This document shows positions 46,240-57,540 of a stretch of 64,000 nt of DNA, in pieces. Below the pieces are notes generated by a model. The model worked only from the letters and a program-made list of their open reading frames with translations, had not been told where the DNA came from and did not search any database. Location: the NCBI GenBank assembly GCA_963676915.2, contig CAXXVK010000074.1, positions 1-64,000 on the forward strand, read 5' to 3'. Both the position numbers and the translations under genes were made by a program. The stretch comes from Myxococcota bacterium (GTDB lineage Bacteria; Myxococcota_A; SURF-8; G963663525). Every line of letters begins with the position of its first letter. The stretch's first letter is position 1.

Positions 46240-48012
46240 TTAGAACAGACCCTTGACTTTACCGGTTTCCGTATCGACATCCACACGGCGATAGGCCGGG
46301 TTGGAGCCGGTTCCCGGCATCAGGCTGATAGCACCTGCGACCGGCACGACGAATCCGGCACCATTGTAGGTCAGAACGTCGCGGACGAACAGTTTCCAGC
46401 CCTTTGGTACACCCTTGAGGGCGGGGTTATCCGAGAGGGACAGGTGAGTTTTTACCATGCACATGCCGAGTTTGGCGACTTCGGGATCGGCCTGGTATTT
46501 CTCCAGTTTGGTCTTGGCTTCGGCAGAGAATTCCACTCCGTCCGCACCGTAGACTTCCCCGGCGATTTTCTCGATGCGGTCTGCCAGCGGCAGATCCAGA
46601 TCGTACAGGAAGTGGAAGTCGTTTTCTTCTTCGCAGGCGTCGATGACGGCATCGGCGAATTCCAAAGCACCTTCGCCACCCTTTTCCCAGTGACGGGACA
46701 GCGCCACGCGAGCACCGGCGGCTTCGGCCATTTCGCGGACCTTGGCGATTTCGTTGTCGGTATCCGTGTAGAAAGCGTTGATGCAGACGACCGGGTTGAT
46801 ACCGGCTTTTTTGACGTTATTGATGTGGTGGGTAAGGTTTTCGCAGCCTTTTTCGACCCAACCGACATTCTCTCCGCTGTATTCTTCGGGCATCGGCTTG
46901 CCGGGCACCGGGATCGGGGCTCCACCGTGGCACTTCAGGGCGCGGATGGTAGCGACGACGACCGCAGCGTTGGGCTTGAGGCCGGAGAAGCGGCATTTCA
47001 GGTTCCAGAATTTCTCGAAGCCGATGTCCGCACCGAAGCCGGATTCGGTGACGTGGTAGTCGCCGAGCTTCAGGCCGACCTGGTCGGCGATAATCGAGCT
47101 TTGGCCGATGGCGATGTTCGCGAACGGTCCGGCGTGGACGAACACGGGCTGGCCTTCGAGGGTTTGCATCAGGTTCGGGTTGAGGGCTTCGGCCATCCAG
47201 GCGGTCATGGCACCGGCGACTTCCAGATCCTCGGTGGTGACAGCGTTGCCGCGCTTGTCGTAACCGACGACGATTTTACCCATGCGCTCGCGCATGTCGG
47301 CCAGACTCGTCGAAACGGCCAGAATCGCCATGACTTCGGAACTGACGGCGATACCGAACTTGGAACGCATCATAAAGCCGTCGGCTTTGCCGTTGACGCC
47401 ATCGATACCGATGATGATGTTACGCAGCGATTGGGCGCAGAAGTCGATGATCCAGCCCATTTCGATTTTGGTGGGATCGAGGTCCAGGCGGCGCATGTGG
47501 GACAAGCGGGCAAGTTGCTCGTCATTATAGTTGCGCTCGTGCTGCATACGGGAGGTCAGAGCGACCATTGCCAGGTTGTGGGCGTTCATAATGGCGTTGA
47601 TGTCGCCCGTCAAGCCCAGGGAGAACGGAGTCAGCGGAATGCATTGGGCGAGTCCGCCACCGGCCGCCGAACCTTTGATGTTCATGGTCGGTCCGCCGGA
47701 AGGCTGACGAATCGCGGCGGTCACGTTGACGTTGCGCTTGCCGAGACCTTGGACAAGACCCATCGACGAGGTGGATTTGCCTTCTCCCAGCGGGGTGGGG
47801 GTAATGGCGGTCACGTCGATGTATTTGGCCTGTGGTTTGTCTTTCAGGCGGTTGAGCACGGCTCGGAAATCCACCTTGGCAACGTAGTGTCCGTGAGGAA
47901 GAAGCTCTTCCTTGGTCAAACCGAGTTGTTCACCCAGTTCGTACACGGTTTTCATACGGCTCTCTGCCTCTTCAGCGATTTCCCAGTCTGCATGTTTCGT
48001 CGGGTCTAGCAT
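46240..48012 (-). CDS. fhs: Formate-tetrahydrofolate ligase
   Basis: [33 protein letters not shown]. Confidence 0.95.
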   Translation of the reverse strand: MLDPTKHADWEIAEEAESRMKTVYELGEQLGLTKEELLPHGHYVAKVDFRAVLNRLKDKPQAKYIDVTAITPTPLGEGKSTSSMGLVQGLGKRNVNVTAAIRQPSGGPTMNIKGSAAGGGLAQCIPLTPFSLGLTGDINAIMNAHNLAMVALTSRMQHERNYNDEQLARLSHMRRLDLDPTKIEMGWIIDFCAQSLRNIIIGIDGVNGKADGFMMRSKFGIAVSSEVMAILAVSTSLADMRERMGKIVVGYDKRGNAVTTEDLEVAGAMTAWMAEALNPNLMQTLEGQPVFVHAGPFANIAIGQSSIIADQVGLKLGDYHVTESGFGADIGFEKFWNLKCRFSGLKPNAAVVVATIRALKCHGGAPIPVPGKPMPEEYSGENVGWVEKGCENLTHHINNVKKAGINPVVCINAFYTDTDNEIAKVREMAEAAGARVALSRHWEKGGEGALEFADAVIDACEEENDFHFLYDLDLPLADRIEKIAGEVYGADGVEFSAEAKTKLEKYQADPEVAKLGMCMVKTHLSLSDNPALKGVPKGWKLFVRDVLTYNGAGFVVPVAGAISLMPGTGSNPAYRRVDVDTETGKVKGLF

Positions 48013-48372
48013 CAGATTTCCTCCTTGACGTTTTACCGGGCACACGCCGGCATTTGAAGACACGAATTCTCCTTCACCTCAACCGAAAACGGAAAGGCTA
48101 AACGAAATTGGACTAAATGTTCCAAATCCGTGAAAACTTGGATCAAAGCTTTCTCTACCAATCAAGAATGCACCGTACACCGTAAACAAAACGCAGTAAA
48201 AATGTATACCAAAACAGAGAAACTGTGAAAACAATTCTTTCTTTTTTTGCAAATTGGTTTAAAAGACCTCACAAATGGACATCGCTCGGACATTTTTTTC
48301 AGACAAAAAACAGCCGTCGTCCGAAACTCCGGCTTTGAAATAGAGCAGCATTGTATTTTGTGGTTTCGAGAA

Positions 48373-48876
48373 TCAGACGAAACGAAGACTTCGTAAGAAT
48401 CCCGGTGTGGTGCGGAAACGGAAATGCGTTACCGAGCGGGAAACGAGTTTTCCGTGATCCATTTCGGTGATGGTTCCGAAACAAGTGGTGTGGGAAACGG
48501 CAAGATTCCAGGGCTTGATATTAACCTTTTCCCCGATGAAGTGGTAGGGTTTGCCGTCAACGCTGAATTGAAAATCGTAAATGATTTTGTGGGAACGGAA
48601 GTAATCGAGGGTTAATGTTCCCTGACAATGACAGTCGCGGCATAGTCCACCGGCTGTCAGTTTTCCCACGAGAGGTTGGGATAAAAACGTTCCTGAGTTG
48701 GGATTGCCCCACTGGAGAATATCGTCCGGTCCCCAGGTTACTTGGAATTCGAAGGGATGTTCTCCTTCAGAACCGAAACCCGGTTCGAAAACGTGGCTTC
48801 CGCTCATGGTTTCATCGATGGCGAAACCTATTTGCATCTCTTTGAATTTATTGATGAAATCTTCGAGCATAGCCAT
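48373..48876 (-). CDS. Hypothetical protein
   Basis: ORF with AAGGAG RBS before MAMLEDF; follows the CBS gene. Confidence 0.6.
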   Translation of the reverse strand: MAMLEDFINKFKEMQIGFAIDETMSGSHVFEPGFGSEGEHPFEFQVTWGPDDILQWGNPNSGTFLSQPLVGKLTAGGLCRDCHCQGTLTLDYFRSHKIIYDFQFSVDGKPYHFIGEKVNIKPWNLAVSHTTCFGTITEMDHGKLVSRSVTHFRFRTTPGFLRSLRFV

Positions 48877-48899
48877 GTTCGGACTCCTTGGAAGGAACG

Positions 48900-49316
48900 T
48901 TATTTCGGCTCTTGACAAACGATCCGGCGCAGGATGTCTTTCCAGGTGACGATTCCGGCTACTGCGCCGCTTTTGTCGAGAATGGGCAGGCAGGAAATAC
49001 CGAAACGGACGAGCTTGTCGGCAGCCTCGCAAACCTGCGTTTCCGGTCGGGCCGTAATGAGTTTTCTCGTCATGATCTGATGCGCTCGTCGTTCCAGCGT
49101 TTTCGTATCTCGTTTTTTCTCTGCCAGCGTATCCAAAAACGGGCTGATGGCCTTGAATAGATCGCGGTCCGAAATAACGCCGACCGGACGATCGTCGTCG
49201 TCCAGCACCAACAGATGGCGGAAACGAGCTTGGGTGAATATGCCGCGAATGGTGTCGAGCGTGTCATCCAATTCCACCGTAACCACACGGGTCGTCATGA
49301 TGTCCGCGAGTTTCAT
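48900..49316 (-). CDS. CBS-domain pair protein
   Basis: IMTTRVVTV...GVISDRD; IMTRKLIT...GIVTWKD. Confidence 0.85.
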   Translation of the reverse strand: MKLADIMTTRVVTVELDDTLDTIRGIFTQARFRHLLVLDDDDRPVGVISDRDLFKAISPFLDTLAEKKRDTKTLERRAHQIMTRKLITARPETQVCEAADKLVRFGISCLPILDKSGAVAGIVTWKDILRRIVCQEPK

Positions 49317-49377
49317 GGGCGTTTTCCGGTTTTCGAAACGATAACGGTATGTTCGAACTCACCGAATCCGGTAGAGA

Positions 49378-50448
49378 TCAGTTCTCCGAACCCGCTTTCA
49401 GTGCTTCCGCCTGAAAATAGGTTCTCAAAGAAGTAATGACATCTTCTAGATTTCCTTCGATGATTTCATCCAACTTATAGAGTGTAAGCCCGATTCGATG
49501 ATCCGTCAAACGTCCTTGTGGAAAATTGTAGGTGCGTACGCGCTCGGAGCGGTCGCCGGTACCGACCTGGGCTTTTCGGTTGTCGGCTTGTTCTTGCTGG
49601 ACCTTTTGTTGTTCGATTTCGAGGAGCTTGGCCCGAAGGATTTTCATCGCCTTGGACTTGTTCTTGATTTGCGAACGTTCGTCCTGGCAGGTGACGACGA
49701 GGTTGGTAGGCAAGTGGGTGATACGAACCGCCGAATCGCTGGTGTTGACGTGCTGGCCGCCAGCGCCGGAGGAACGGTAGACATCGATGCGCAGGTCTTC
49801 GTCACGGACCTCGATGTCGGCGTCTTCCGCTTCCGGGAGAACGGCGACGGTCGAAGCCGAGGTGTGAATCCGTCCTTGGGATTCGGTGACCGGTACCCGC
49901 TGAACGCGATGCACGCCCGATTCATATTTCAGGTGGGAATAGACATCCTTGCCCGAAATCGTCGCGACGATTTCTTTATAACCGCCGATTTCGTTGGGAC
50001 TGGAGGAAAGCGTTTCCACTTTCCAGCGTTTCGTTTCTGCAAAGCGGCTGTACATACGAAACAAATCGCCCGCAAACAACGCCGCTTCGTTGCCACCGGT
50101 TCCCGCACGGATTTCGAGCAGGATGTTTTTACCGTCGTTGGGATCTTTCGGTAACAACAACTGTTTGAGTTTTTTTTCGGTGGCGGAAAGTTCTTTATGC
50201 AACTCGGCCAATTCTTCTTTGGCCAGCATTCGCATATCTTCGTCATCGTCTTCCATCAGAAGCGTGGCGTCTTTGGCTTTTTGGTCCAATTCTTTATAAA
50301 AACGCCAGGTTTCCACCAGTTCTTCCAGGTCGCTTCTCTCTTTGTTGATGACCCGAAACGCGTCGGGATTGACGGCAATGTCGGGTTCTCCGAGTTTTTG
50401 CGTCAATTCTTCGAAACGCTCTTCGATTTCCTGTAGTTTGTCGAACAT
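49378..50448 (-). CDS. prfA: Peptide chain release factor 1
   Basis: GGQ motif, PVT anticodon-mimic motif, RTYNFPQGR. Confidence 0.96.
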   Translation of the reverse strand: MFDKLQEIEERFEELTQKLGEPDIAVNPDAFRVINKERSDLEELVETWRFYKELDQKAKDATLLMEDDDEDMRMLAKEELAELHKELSATEKKLKQLLLPKDPNDGKNILLEIRAGTGGNEAALFAGDLFRMYSRFAETKRWKVETLSSSPNEIGGYKEIVATISGKDVYSHLKYESGVHRVQRVPVTESQGRIHTSASTVAVLPEAEDADIEVRDEDLRIDVYRSSGAGGQHVNTSDSAVRITHLPTNLVVTCQDERSQIKNKSKAMKILRAKLLEIEQQKVQQEQADNRKAQVGTGDRSERVRTYNFPQGRLTDHRIGLTLYKLDEIIEGNLEDVITSLRTYFQAEALKAGSEN

Positions 50449-50477
50449 GATGGATTTGGTCCTCGTACCCCGATGAA

Positions 50478-51533
50478 CTAAAAGCCGACTTCCGCCAAGC
50501 TGCTGTAGACTTCGATTTTGCCTTTTCCGTCGTTCAAATCATCGAGGCCAACCGTTTCCCGCCAGAGAGCTTTTTTTAGCGCGACCAAAGCGATTTCAAG
50601 CTGTTCGTCGTCGGGTTCCTGAGTTGTGATTTTCTGCATCCACAGACCCGGTTTCGTGGCAATGCGGATCAACCAGTGATCCATATGCCGGGAGGACCAG
50701 CGTTGAAATTCGTAGGCCAGGCCGGCAATCGGTAGCATCAATGGAAGTTTTATCGCAACCTGTATCAGTGCATTGACAAACCAGTGCGGATGGAACCGAG
50801 GAAGAAACGGGAAAACGATCATGAAAATGAAAATCGAACTCAACAGAACGATCAGTATGAAACTTGTTCCGCAACGAGGATGCAAGGTCGTGTATTTTCT
50901 TGCATTTTCGACGGTAAGTTCTTCGTCGTTTTCATAGGCGTAGATCGATTTGTGCTCGGCGCCGTGGTATTGGAAAATCCGCTTCATGTCCGGAAGACGA
51001 GCCACCAGCAGAATGTATCCGATGAAAAGCGCCAGTTTGATCGCGCCGTCCAGAACGTGGAACAACATCTGATCGGTCTGCAAACCGGTGAAGGTCGTCA
51101 ACAGATGCGGCAATCCTTTGAATAAGGCGAATCCCAAGCCAAGAGACAATACAATAGTACCGTACAGCGCCCAGCGCGACACAGCACCGTCCTTGTCGTC
51201 GAGGTTATCGGGATCGAGCGGCACGGAAGCTTCGACGTTTTCCTCCTCACCGTTCTCTTCCCGTTGGATGCGCTCTTCCTCGTCGAGCATGGCGTGGTGT
51301 GCCGAGAAATACAGCGCTTGAATGCCGTTGACGAGGGCTTCGATCAGCACAATCGAACCTCTAAGGAACGGAAGACGCAGGAATTTCAAGCGACTCCAGA
51401 TGGATTCCCAAGGACGTTCGGTGACGACGATCTCGCCCGAGGCACGGCGGATAGCAATAGCCAAGGAGTGCGGCGAACGCATCATGATGCCTTCGATGAT
51501 CGCCTGTCCCCCGACGTTGTGTTGTGACTTCAT
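50478..51533 (-). CDS. DUF1385 family membrane protein
   Basis: [27 protein letters not shown]. Confidence 0.88.
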   Translation of the reverse strand: MKSQHNVGGQAIIEGIMMRSPHSLAIAIRRASGEIVVTERPWESIWSRLKFLRLPFLRGSIVLIEALVNGIQALYFSAHHAMLDEEERIQREENGEEENVEASVPLDPDNLDDKDGAVSRWALYGTIVLSLGLGFALFKGLPHLLTTFTGLQTDQMLFHVLDGAIKLALFIGYILLVARLPDMKRIFQYHGAEHKSIYAYENDEELTVENARKYTTLHPRCGTSFILIVLLSSIFIFMIVFPFLPRFHPHWFVNALIQVAIKLPLMLPIAGLAYEFQRWSSRHMDHWLIRIATKPGLWMQKITTQEPDDEQLEIALVALKKALWRETVGLDDLNDGKGKIEVYSSLAEVGF

Positions 51534-51766
51534 TTTTTCTTTTTGCCCGTGAAGCGATCTTCGAGCGAGGTTCCGCCGAAGCGCTTGTTGAAGCGGTCAA
51601 CGCGACCTTCACTATCGATCAGTTTCTGCTTGCCAGTAAAGAAGGGGTGGCAGGCGGAACAGATGTCGATCGTATAATCGCCTGCGGTGCTTTTGGTTTC
51701 GTAGGAAGCGCCACAGGCACAGCTGATCGTCGCTTTGGTGTATTGCGGGTGAATTCCTTGTTTCAT
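51530..51766 (-). CDS. rpmE: 50S ribosomal protein L31 (Zn-binding type)
   Basis: [29 protein letters not shown]. Confidence 0.95.
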   Translation of the reverse strand: MKQGIHPQYTKATISCACGASYETKSTAGDYTIDICSACHPFFTGKQKLIDSEGRVDRFNKRFGGTSLEDRFTGKKKK

Positions 51767-52098
51767 CTTTCATCTCCCTGTAGGATACTCGGCGTGTACG
51801 AGTACCAAGTTAAAAAGCGCTACTAATCTAACGATCCACGAACGAATAGCAAGGAAAAAACGAAAAACCTTGAAAATTCGGTACTTCGCAGCGCCGTGCA
51901 TACTTAGAAAGTGATGATTCTCTTCCGATGGTCAAGCTACATTTTTCAACGAAAGATTCGTTTTTTATAAATACTGGAAACTCAATAGACTTTATGGAAT
52001 AAATCGGTACACCGTCAAAGGCGTTTCATCATTATGAAAAAATGCGAACCGCTTTGGAAAAATGTAGGTACTGAATTTGAAAAATCGAAGGAAAAACC

Positions 52099-52974
52099 AT
52101 GGCCGAGGAAAAACGTAAAATTACATCTTTGGGAACGATCAAAACCTTTTTGTCTGTCGGAGCATGCTCCGAGGCGTTGATGAATGTGATCAATCGGGCT
52201 TATGGATTTCCTATGGTGCCGGAGGAGCATGCCTCGTCCATTTTCGCCGGGGGAATCCTGCAACACGGGTATCAATGCGGAATGCTTTGGGGCGCGGCGT
52301 TGGCGGCGGGTGCGGAAGCGCATCGCCGATATGGGACAGGGTCGCAGGCCGAAAACGTTTCCATTTCCGCTGCACGAAAATTGGTAGAAGCTTTTCAGCC
52401 TCGTAATAATACCATCGATTGTGCAGAGATAACGAACACGGAATGGAGTTCGAAATGGCAAATGTTCCTATATATGATCAAAGGTGGTCCCATCGGTTGT
52501 TTTCGTATGGCAGCATGGTATGCTGGAACGTCATCTACTGAATTGACCGAGGAGTTTTCGAAGGATTCGCAAGAAAACGTTGAAGAACCGGTCAGTTGTT
52601 CGGCTTTGTTGGCTCGAAAAGCGGGGGCGTTCGAACTACGCTCGACGATGCTATCCGGCTTTGCCGGGGGAATCGGTCTGAGTGGCGGAGCTTGTGGTGC
52701 TTTGGGTGCGGCATTGTGGCTGTTGGCGCTCAAGCATATCGAGCAACTTGGCGATGTTGAGGATGCCGGGAAAAACCTGTGGGATTCCAAAGAGTTTCAG
52801 GCTAAGGCCGAGGAAGTGATCGAAGATTTTCTAAAGCGCTCCGATTATGAATTCACCTGTTCCAAGATTGTCGGAAAAACCTTTGAAAACGTTTCCGACC
52901 ATAACCGCCATCTTTGTGACGGCGGATGTAAGGAAATCATCGACGGGTTAGTCCAAAGCATTGAAAATTCATAA
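52099..52974 (+). CDS. C-GCAxxG-C-C family protein with tandem duplicated domain
   Basis: Two repeats of C...FAGGI...CG(M/A)L.(G/A)A...C..I. Confidence 0.7.
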   Translation: MAEEKRKITSLGTIKTFLSVGACSEALMNVINRAYGFPMVPEEHASSIFAGGILQHGYQCGMLWGAALAAGAEAHRRYGTGSQAENVSISAARKLVEAFQPRNNTIDCAEITNTEWSSKWQMFLYMIKGGPIGCFRMAAWYAGTSSTELTEEFSKDSQENVEEPVSCSALLARKAGAFELRSTMLSGFAGGIGLSGGACGALGAALWLLALKHIEQLGDVEDAGKNLWDSKEFQAKAEEVIEDFLKRSDYEFTCSKIVGKTFENVSDHNRHLCDGGCKEIIDGLVQSIENS

Positions 52975-53016
52975 TAACGGCAAGCAATTGCCGATGAAAC
53001 GAAGGAGAGTTGCAGG

Positions 53017-53971
53017 ATGCTCGGAAAAGCGAAATGGATGCTTTTCTTACTCTTTATTATTGTTTTTACGCTGGGATGCGAACGAGGCGATGGTGCTAAG
53101 ACAACGTCAGATGATGGTACCACCAAGATTGTTGCCTCTGAAAAACTGAAAATCGTTGCTACCGTCGGAATGATCGCCGATCTTGCTCGGCAGATCGTAA
53201 GGGAACATGGCACGGTGGAATGTCTGATGGGACCGGGAACGGACCCGCATTTATACAAAGCCCGCGAAAAAGACATCCGTAAGCTGGTGAAAGCCGATGT
53301 GGTTTTCTATAATGGCTTGCATCTGGAAGGAAAACTGGGAGACGTTCTTAAAAAACTACAGCGCAAGAAAACGGTGGCGGCGGTTGCTGACGACCTACCG
53401 CCCGAGAAACTTCGTGAACCGGTAGAGGGTGGACACGATCCGCATGTCTGGTTCGATGTCGAACTATGGATGCTTGCCGCCGGGAAAATCCGTGACGTGC
53501 TTGTTGAAAAAGATCCGGTTCATAAACAGGATTATGTTAACAATTCCAAGGTGTTATTGCAAGACATGCAAGACTTGCACGAGTGGACGGGGCGGCAGAT
53601 CTCTTCGATTCCGAAATCGGGGCGCGTCTTGATTACCGCGCACGATGCATTCGGTTATTTCGGCGATGCTTATAGCATCGAAGTCATGGGTGTCCAGGGA
53701 ATCAGCACCGAGGACGAGGCCGGAGTCAAGGACATCAACCACATGGTGTCGTTCATCGTGGAACGCAAGATCAAAGCGATTTTCGTCGAGTCGAGCGTAT
53801 CGCGGAAAAATGTGGAAGCTCTGATCGAAGGTTGTCGTTCGAAAGGGCACGAACTTGTCATCGGAGGCGAACTGTTCAGTGACGCGATGGGGGGCGGCGG
53901 GTTCACCGGAAGGGACGTATCTGGGAATGGTTCGGCATAATGTCCAAACGATCGTTAACGCATTGAAATAA
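53017..53971 (+). CDS. Mn/Zn ABC transporter substrate-binding lipoprotein (TroA/MntA-like), one frameshift near the 3' end
   Basis: Lipobox LGC, DPHLY, DPHVW, TAHDAF, FSDAMG. An extra G in the run at 53889-53894 displaces the conserved tail [19 protein letters not shown]. Confidence 0.85.
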
Positions 53972-53982
53972 CAGGAAATACA

Positions 53983-54804
53983 ATGCAATCCAAAGATACT
54001 GGCGGTCACGAAAAAGCCGTTGAAAATCGTTCGAAATCTCTCGAAAAAATCCCCCCGCTGGAAATTCACGATATGACGGTGGCATACCATCGTAAGCCGG
54101 TGTTGTGGGATGTAGACCTGACCGTGCCCGAAAACAATCTCATTGCGGTCTTGGGTCCGAATGGAGCGGGAAAAAGTACGCTGATGAAAGCCGTGCTCGA
54201 TCTCGTGCCGCGTGCCAGTGGACGAGTCGATATTTTCGGTAAACCCTACAAAGAGCAACGCTCGCTCGTCGGGTACGTTCCGCAACGTGAGTCGGTGGAC
54301 TGGGACTTTCCGATCAGCGTCGAGGAAGTCGTGCTGATGGGGCGATACGGTCATGTGGGGTGGTTCCGGCGACCGGAAAAAAAAGATCGGGAGATTGCTT
54401 TGGACTGCCTGGAGAAAGTCGCCATGGCCGATTTCGCCAAACGGCAGATCAACCAGCTTTCCGGTGGACAGCAGCAGCGGGTATTTTTAGCGCGAGCTTT
54501 GGCGCAGGATGCGAAACTGTATTTCATGGACGAGCCGTTTGCCGGCGTGGATGCCGCCACCGAACAGGCGATTTTAACCATGCTTCATGCGCTTCGGGAC
54601 AGTGGGAAAACCGTAATTGTGGTGCATCATACGTTGCAGACGGTCAAAGAATATTTCGATCATTTGATCCTTTTGAACATGCGCGTGATTGCCCACGGAC
54701 CGGTTTCCACGACGTTTACCGAAGAAAACCTGCAAAAGACCTACGGAGGTCGCTTGTCGGTGCTGGATCAGGCGGCGGAAGCCATGCGGCAGGCGAGGAA
54801 ATGA
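53983..54804 (+). CDS. Mn/Zn ABC transporter ATP-binding protein
   Basis: [25 protein letters not shown]. Confidence 0.92.
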   Translation: MQSKDTGGHEKAVENRSKSLEKIPPLEIHDMTVAYHRKPVLWDVDLTVPENNLIAVLGPNGAGKSTLMKAVLDLVPRASGRVDIFGKPYKEQRSLVGYVPQRESVDWDFPISVEEVVLMGRYGHVGWFRRPEKKDREIALDCLEKVAMADFAKRQINQLSGGQQQRVFLARALAQDAKLYFMDEPFAGVDAATEQAILTMLHALRDSGKTVIVVHHTLQTVKEYFDHLILLNMRVIAHGPVSTTFTEENLQKTYGGRLSVLDQAAEAMRQARK

Positions 54805-54805
54805 G

Positions 54806-56204
54806 ATGAAACCTCTGCTCGTCATCGCTGCAATTCTCGCTGTGGAAGCTGTGTTTTCTGGGGATTTTCGGTCTGGAGGGATTTCAGAACCTGTTTCGTG
54901 GACGTGGCGAGATGGGGGTGGCATTCCATACAACACGATGATCGTCTTGCTAGGAACTTCGGTGTTGGGGACTCGCCAGCGGAACCATCGGTGTTTTTGC
55001 GGTGTTTACGTCGTCGTTCCCTCGTTGGGGATGCCGTAGCCCACTCGGCGTTGCCGGGGACTGGCGGTTTTCTTTCTTGATCCTGGGGAGAGCGCAGCTT
55101 TTTGGCGATGATGGCCGGTGCGGTGGTTTTCGGGCTTTTCGGCAGTCCTGTCGATTTCGTGGTTGCAGAAAAATACCCGGATCAAGGCCGACGCCGCCAT
55201 CGGTATCGTGCTGAGCGTGCTGTTCGGCTTGGGTCTGATGCTTTCCGGTATTGTGCAGGGACGACCCCAGCGGTCGCCAAGCCGGTCTGGATTCCTTTCT
55301 ATTGGGAAAAAACAGCGGGGATGGTAGCGCAGGATCTGATGTCCTATTTTCCTCGTTGCGGCCAACGTTTTTTCTTTTTGTCGTGCTGTTTTTCAAGGAA
55401 TTCAAGCTGGTTAGCTTCGATGGCTCCTTTGCTTCCGTTCAAGGATTTCCTGCCTTGACGCTCGATGCGATCATGATGGGATTGATCGTGATAACCACCG
55501 TAATCGGGCTTCCGGCGGTCGGTGTCGTGCTGATGGCGGCGTTGTTGATTATCCCGGCGGTATCGGCCCGGTTTTGGATCGATAATCTTCGAGGAATGGT
55601 GGTGTTGTCCGGCGGAATCGGCTTGTTGACGGGTCTGGCTGGTACGTGGCTGAGTTCCCGCTACGACGATTTACCTGCCGGTGCGGTGATCGTGCTGTCC
55701 GGTGCGGCACTGTTTGTCGTTTCCGTATTCGTGGCTCCGAAAAAGGGAATTTTCGCACGAGCTTTCCGTCGTCTGGGCACGGGACTGCATATTGCCGAAG
55801 AACACCTGTTGCGGGCGTTTTTCGAGATCGAGGAATGCCGGGAAGTTGGAAAACACTCAGGCGTTTCGATACAAAGCCTGATTCAACGTCGAAGTTGGAG
55901 CGTTTTGACCGTTCGTTGGCTGCTTTGGCGTTCTTTATGGAGCGGTGATGTCAAACGAGAAGATTCCGACGGCTGGTGCTTGAGTCGGAAGGGCAGGGAA
56001 AGGGCGGCGGATGTCGTTCGGCGTCACCGGCTTTGGGAGATTTTCCTCGTCGAACAGGCGTCCATCGCGCCCGACCATGTGGACCGCGATGCCGACGAAT
56101 TGGAGCATCTGTTGACCGATGAAATGATCCAGGAATTGGAACGCAAACACATGGGGGATACTGCCGAATTACCGGCATCGGTTCATCCCGTGGAGCAGGA
56201 TTAG
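54806..56204 (+). pseudogene. ABC-3 permease fused to a DtxR-like domain, broken by several +1 homopolymer frameshifts (probably assembly errors)
   Basis: The fragments LRRRSLVGDAVAHSALPG, RIKADAAIGIVLS and KEFKLVSFD lie in different frames; C-terminal RRHRLWEIFL...DADELEH. Confidence 0.75.
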
Positions 56205-56206
56205 TC

Positions 56207-57517
56207 ATGGATACGATCTTGGGGTTCGATGCTATCGGCTTTTGGATTGTCGCGACCGGTGCGTTGGTGAATATTTCCGGGGCGCTGTTGGGAAACTATC
56301 TCGTGCTGCGGAAAATGAGCCTGCTGGGTGACGCGATTTCCCATGCCGTGCTTCCAGGGTTGGCGGTGGCGTTCATCGTAACGCAAAGTCGTGCTACGTG
56401 GCCGATGTTGATCGGTGCCCTGCTGGCGGGATTGCTGACGATTGTATTGACCGAAACGGTTCGACGTTTTGCAGGCGTTGCAGAAGATGCATCCATCGGC
56501 GTGATTTTTACCTCCATGTTCGCACTTGGGGTGGTTTTGATCAGTCGGGTGGCCAGTCAGGTCGACCTCGATCCGGGTTGTGTCCTGTACGGAATTCTGG
56601 AGTCCGCCGCCCTGGATACGGAGGTCTTTCTCGGGATAGAAATTCCTATCATGACGTTGAACCTCGCTTTTCTGACGCTTGCGATTTTGGGCTTCGTGCT
56701 GTTGTTCTGGAAAGAATTGAAGCTGGTTTCTTTCGATTCCGCGTTGGCTACGACTCTGGGTTTTCATGCCACGCTCGTGCATTACCTTTTAATGGCGATG
56801 GTCGCCGTATTCACCGTGCTGGCTTTCGAAGCGGTGGGTTCGATTCTGGTTGTGGCGATGCTGGTTGCTCCGTCCGCTACAGCGTATTTGCTGACGGACC
56901 GCATGAAAGTCATGGCCTGGTTGGCTCCGCTGATCGGGATTTCATCGGCGGTATTGGGACGAGAACTTGCCTTCGAATGGGATACGCCCGTGGCTGGCGC
57001 TATGGCTGTCGCGGTAGGATTGCATTTCGTGCTTGCCGTATTTTTCGCTCCTCGTCATGGTGTGCTGGCGCGTAAATTGTACCAACTTCGAGTGAGTTTT
57101 CGCGTATTACGGGAAGATATCCTCGCGTTGCTCTATCGCTGGGAGGAACGCAATCCTTCCGAGTCGATGCTTCACGAGGATCTGTTGCGAGCGATGGGCG
57201 GTGGCTGGCAGGTACGGTTCGCACTTGGCGCGGGACGTTTTTCGGGAGAATGGCAGCAGCAGGCCGGAGCATTTCGGTTGTCCGAAATCGGAAGACAGGC
57301 CGGAAGAAAACTGATTCGCAAACACCGCCTGTGGGAAGCCTATCTTGCGAAACATACGCCGCTGCCCTCCGATCACCTGCACGATCCCGCCGACCGGGTA
57401 GAGCATTACATTACCAACGAACTGGTTCACGAAGTGGCACAAGATGTTGGATTTCCACAAAAAGATCCACACGGTCAGCCGATAGAAACGGACTCGACAT
57501 CTTTGGAAGAATCGTGA
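56207..57517 (+). CDS. ABC-3 permease fused to a DtxR/MntR-like metal-binding/dimerisation domain
   Basis: GDAISHAVLPG, KELKLVSFD; C-terminal RKHRLWEAYL...ADRVEH...DPHGQPI. Confidence 0.88.
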   Translation: MDTILGFDAIGFWIVATGALVNISGALLGNYLVLRKMSLLGDAISHAVLPGLAVAFIVTQSRATWPMLIGALLAGLLTIVLTETVRRFAGVAEDASIGVIFTSMFALGVVLISRVASQVDLDPGCVLYGILESAALDTEVFLGIEIPIMTLNLAFLTLAILGFVLLFWKELKLVSFDSALATTLGFHATLVHYLLMAMVAVFTVLAFEAVGSILVVAMLVAPSATAYLLTDRMKVMAWLAPLIGISSAVLGRELAFEWDTPVAGAMAVAVGLHFVLAVFFAPRHGVLARKLYQLRVSFRVLREDILALLYRWEERNPSESMLHEDLLRAMGGGWQVRFALGAGRFSGEWQQQAGAFRLSEIGRQAGRKLIRKHRLWEAYLAKHTPLPSDHLHDPADRVEHYITNELVHEVAQDVGFPQKDPHGQPIETDSTSLEES

Positions 57518-57540
57518 TTTTGTGAATCAAACCTGAAATT

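Noticed and set aside
49378-51766. Absence of prmC beside prfA
   Set aside because: Gene order varies between lineages; it is probably elsewhere and cannot be judged from one window.
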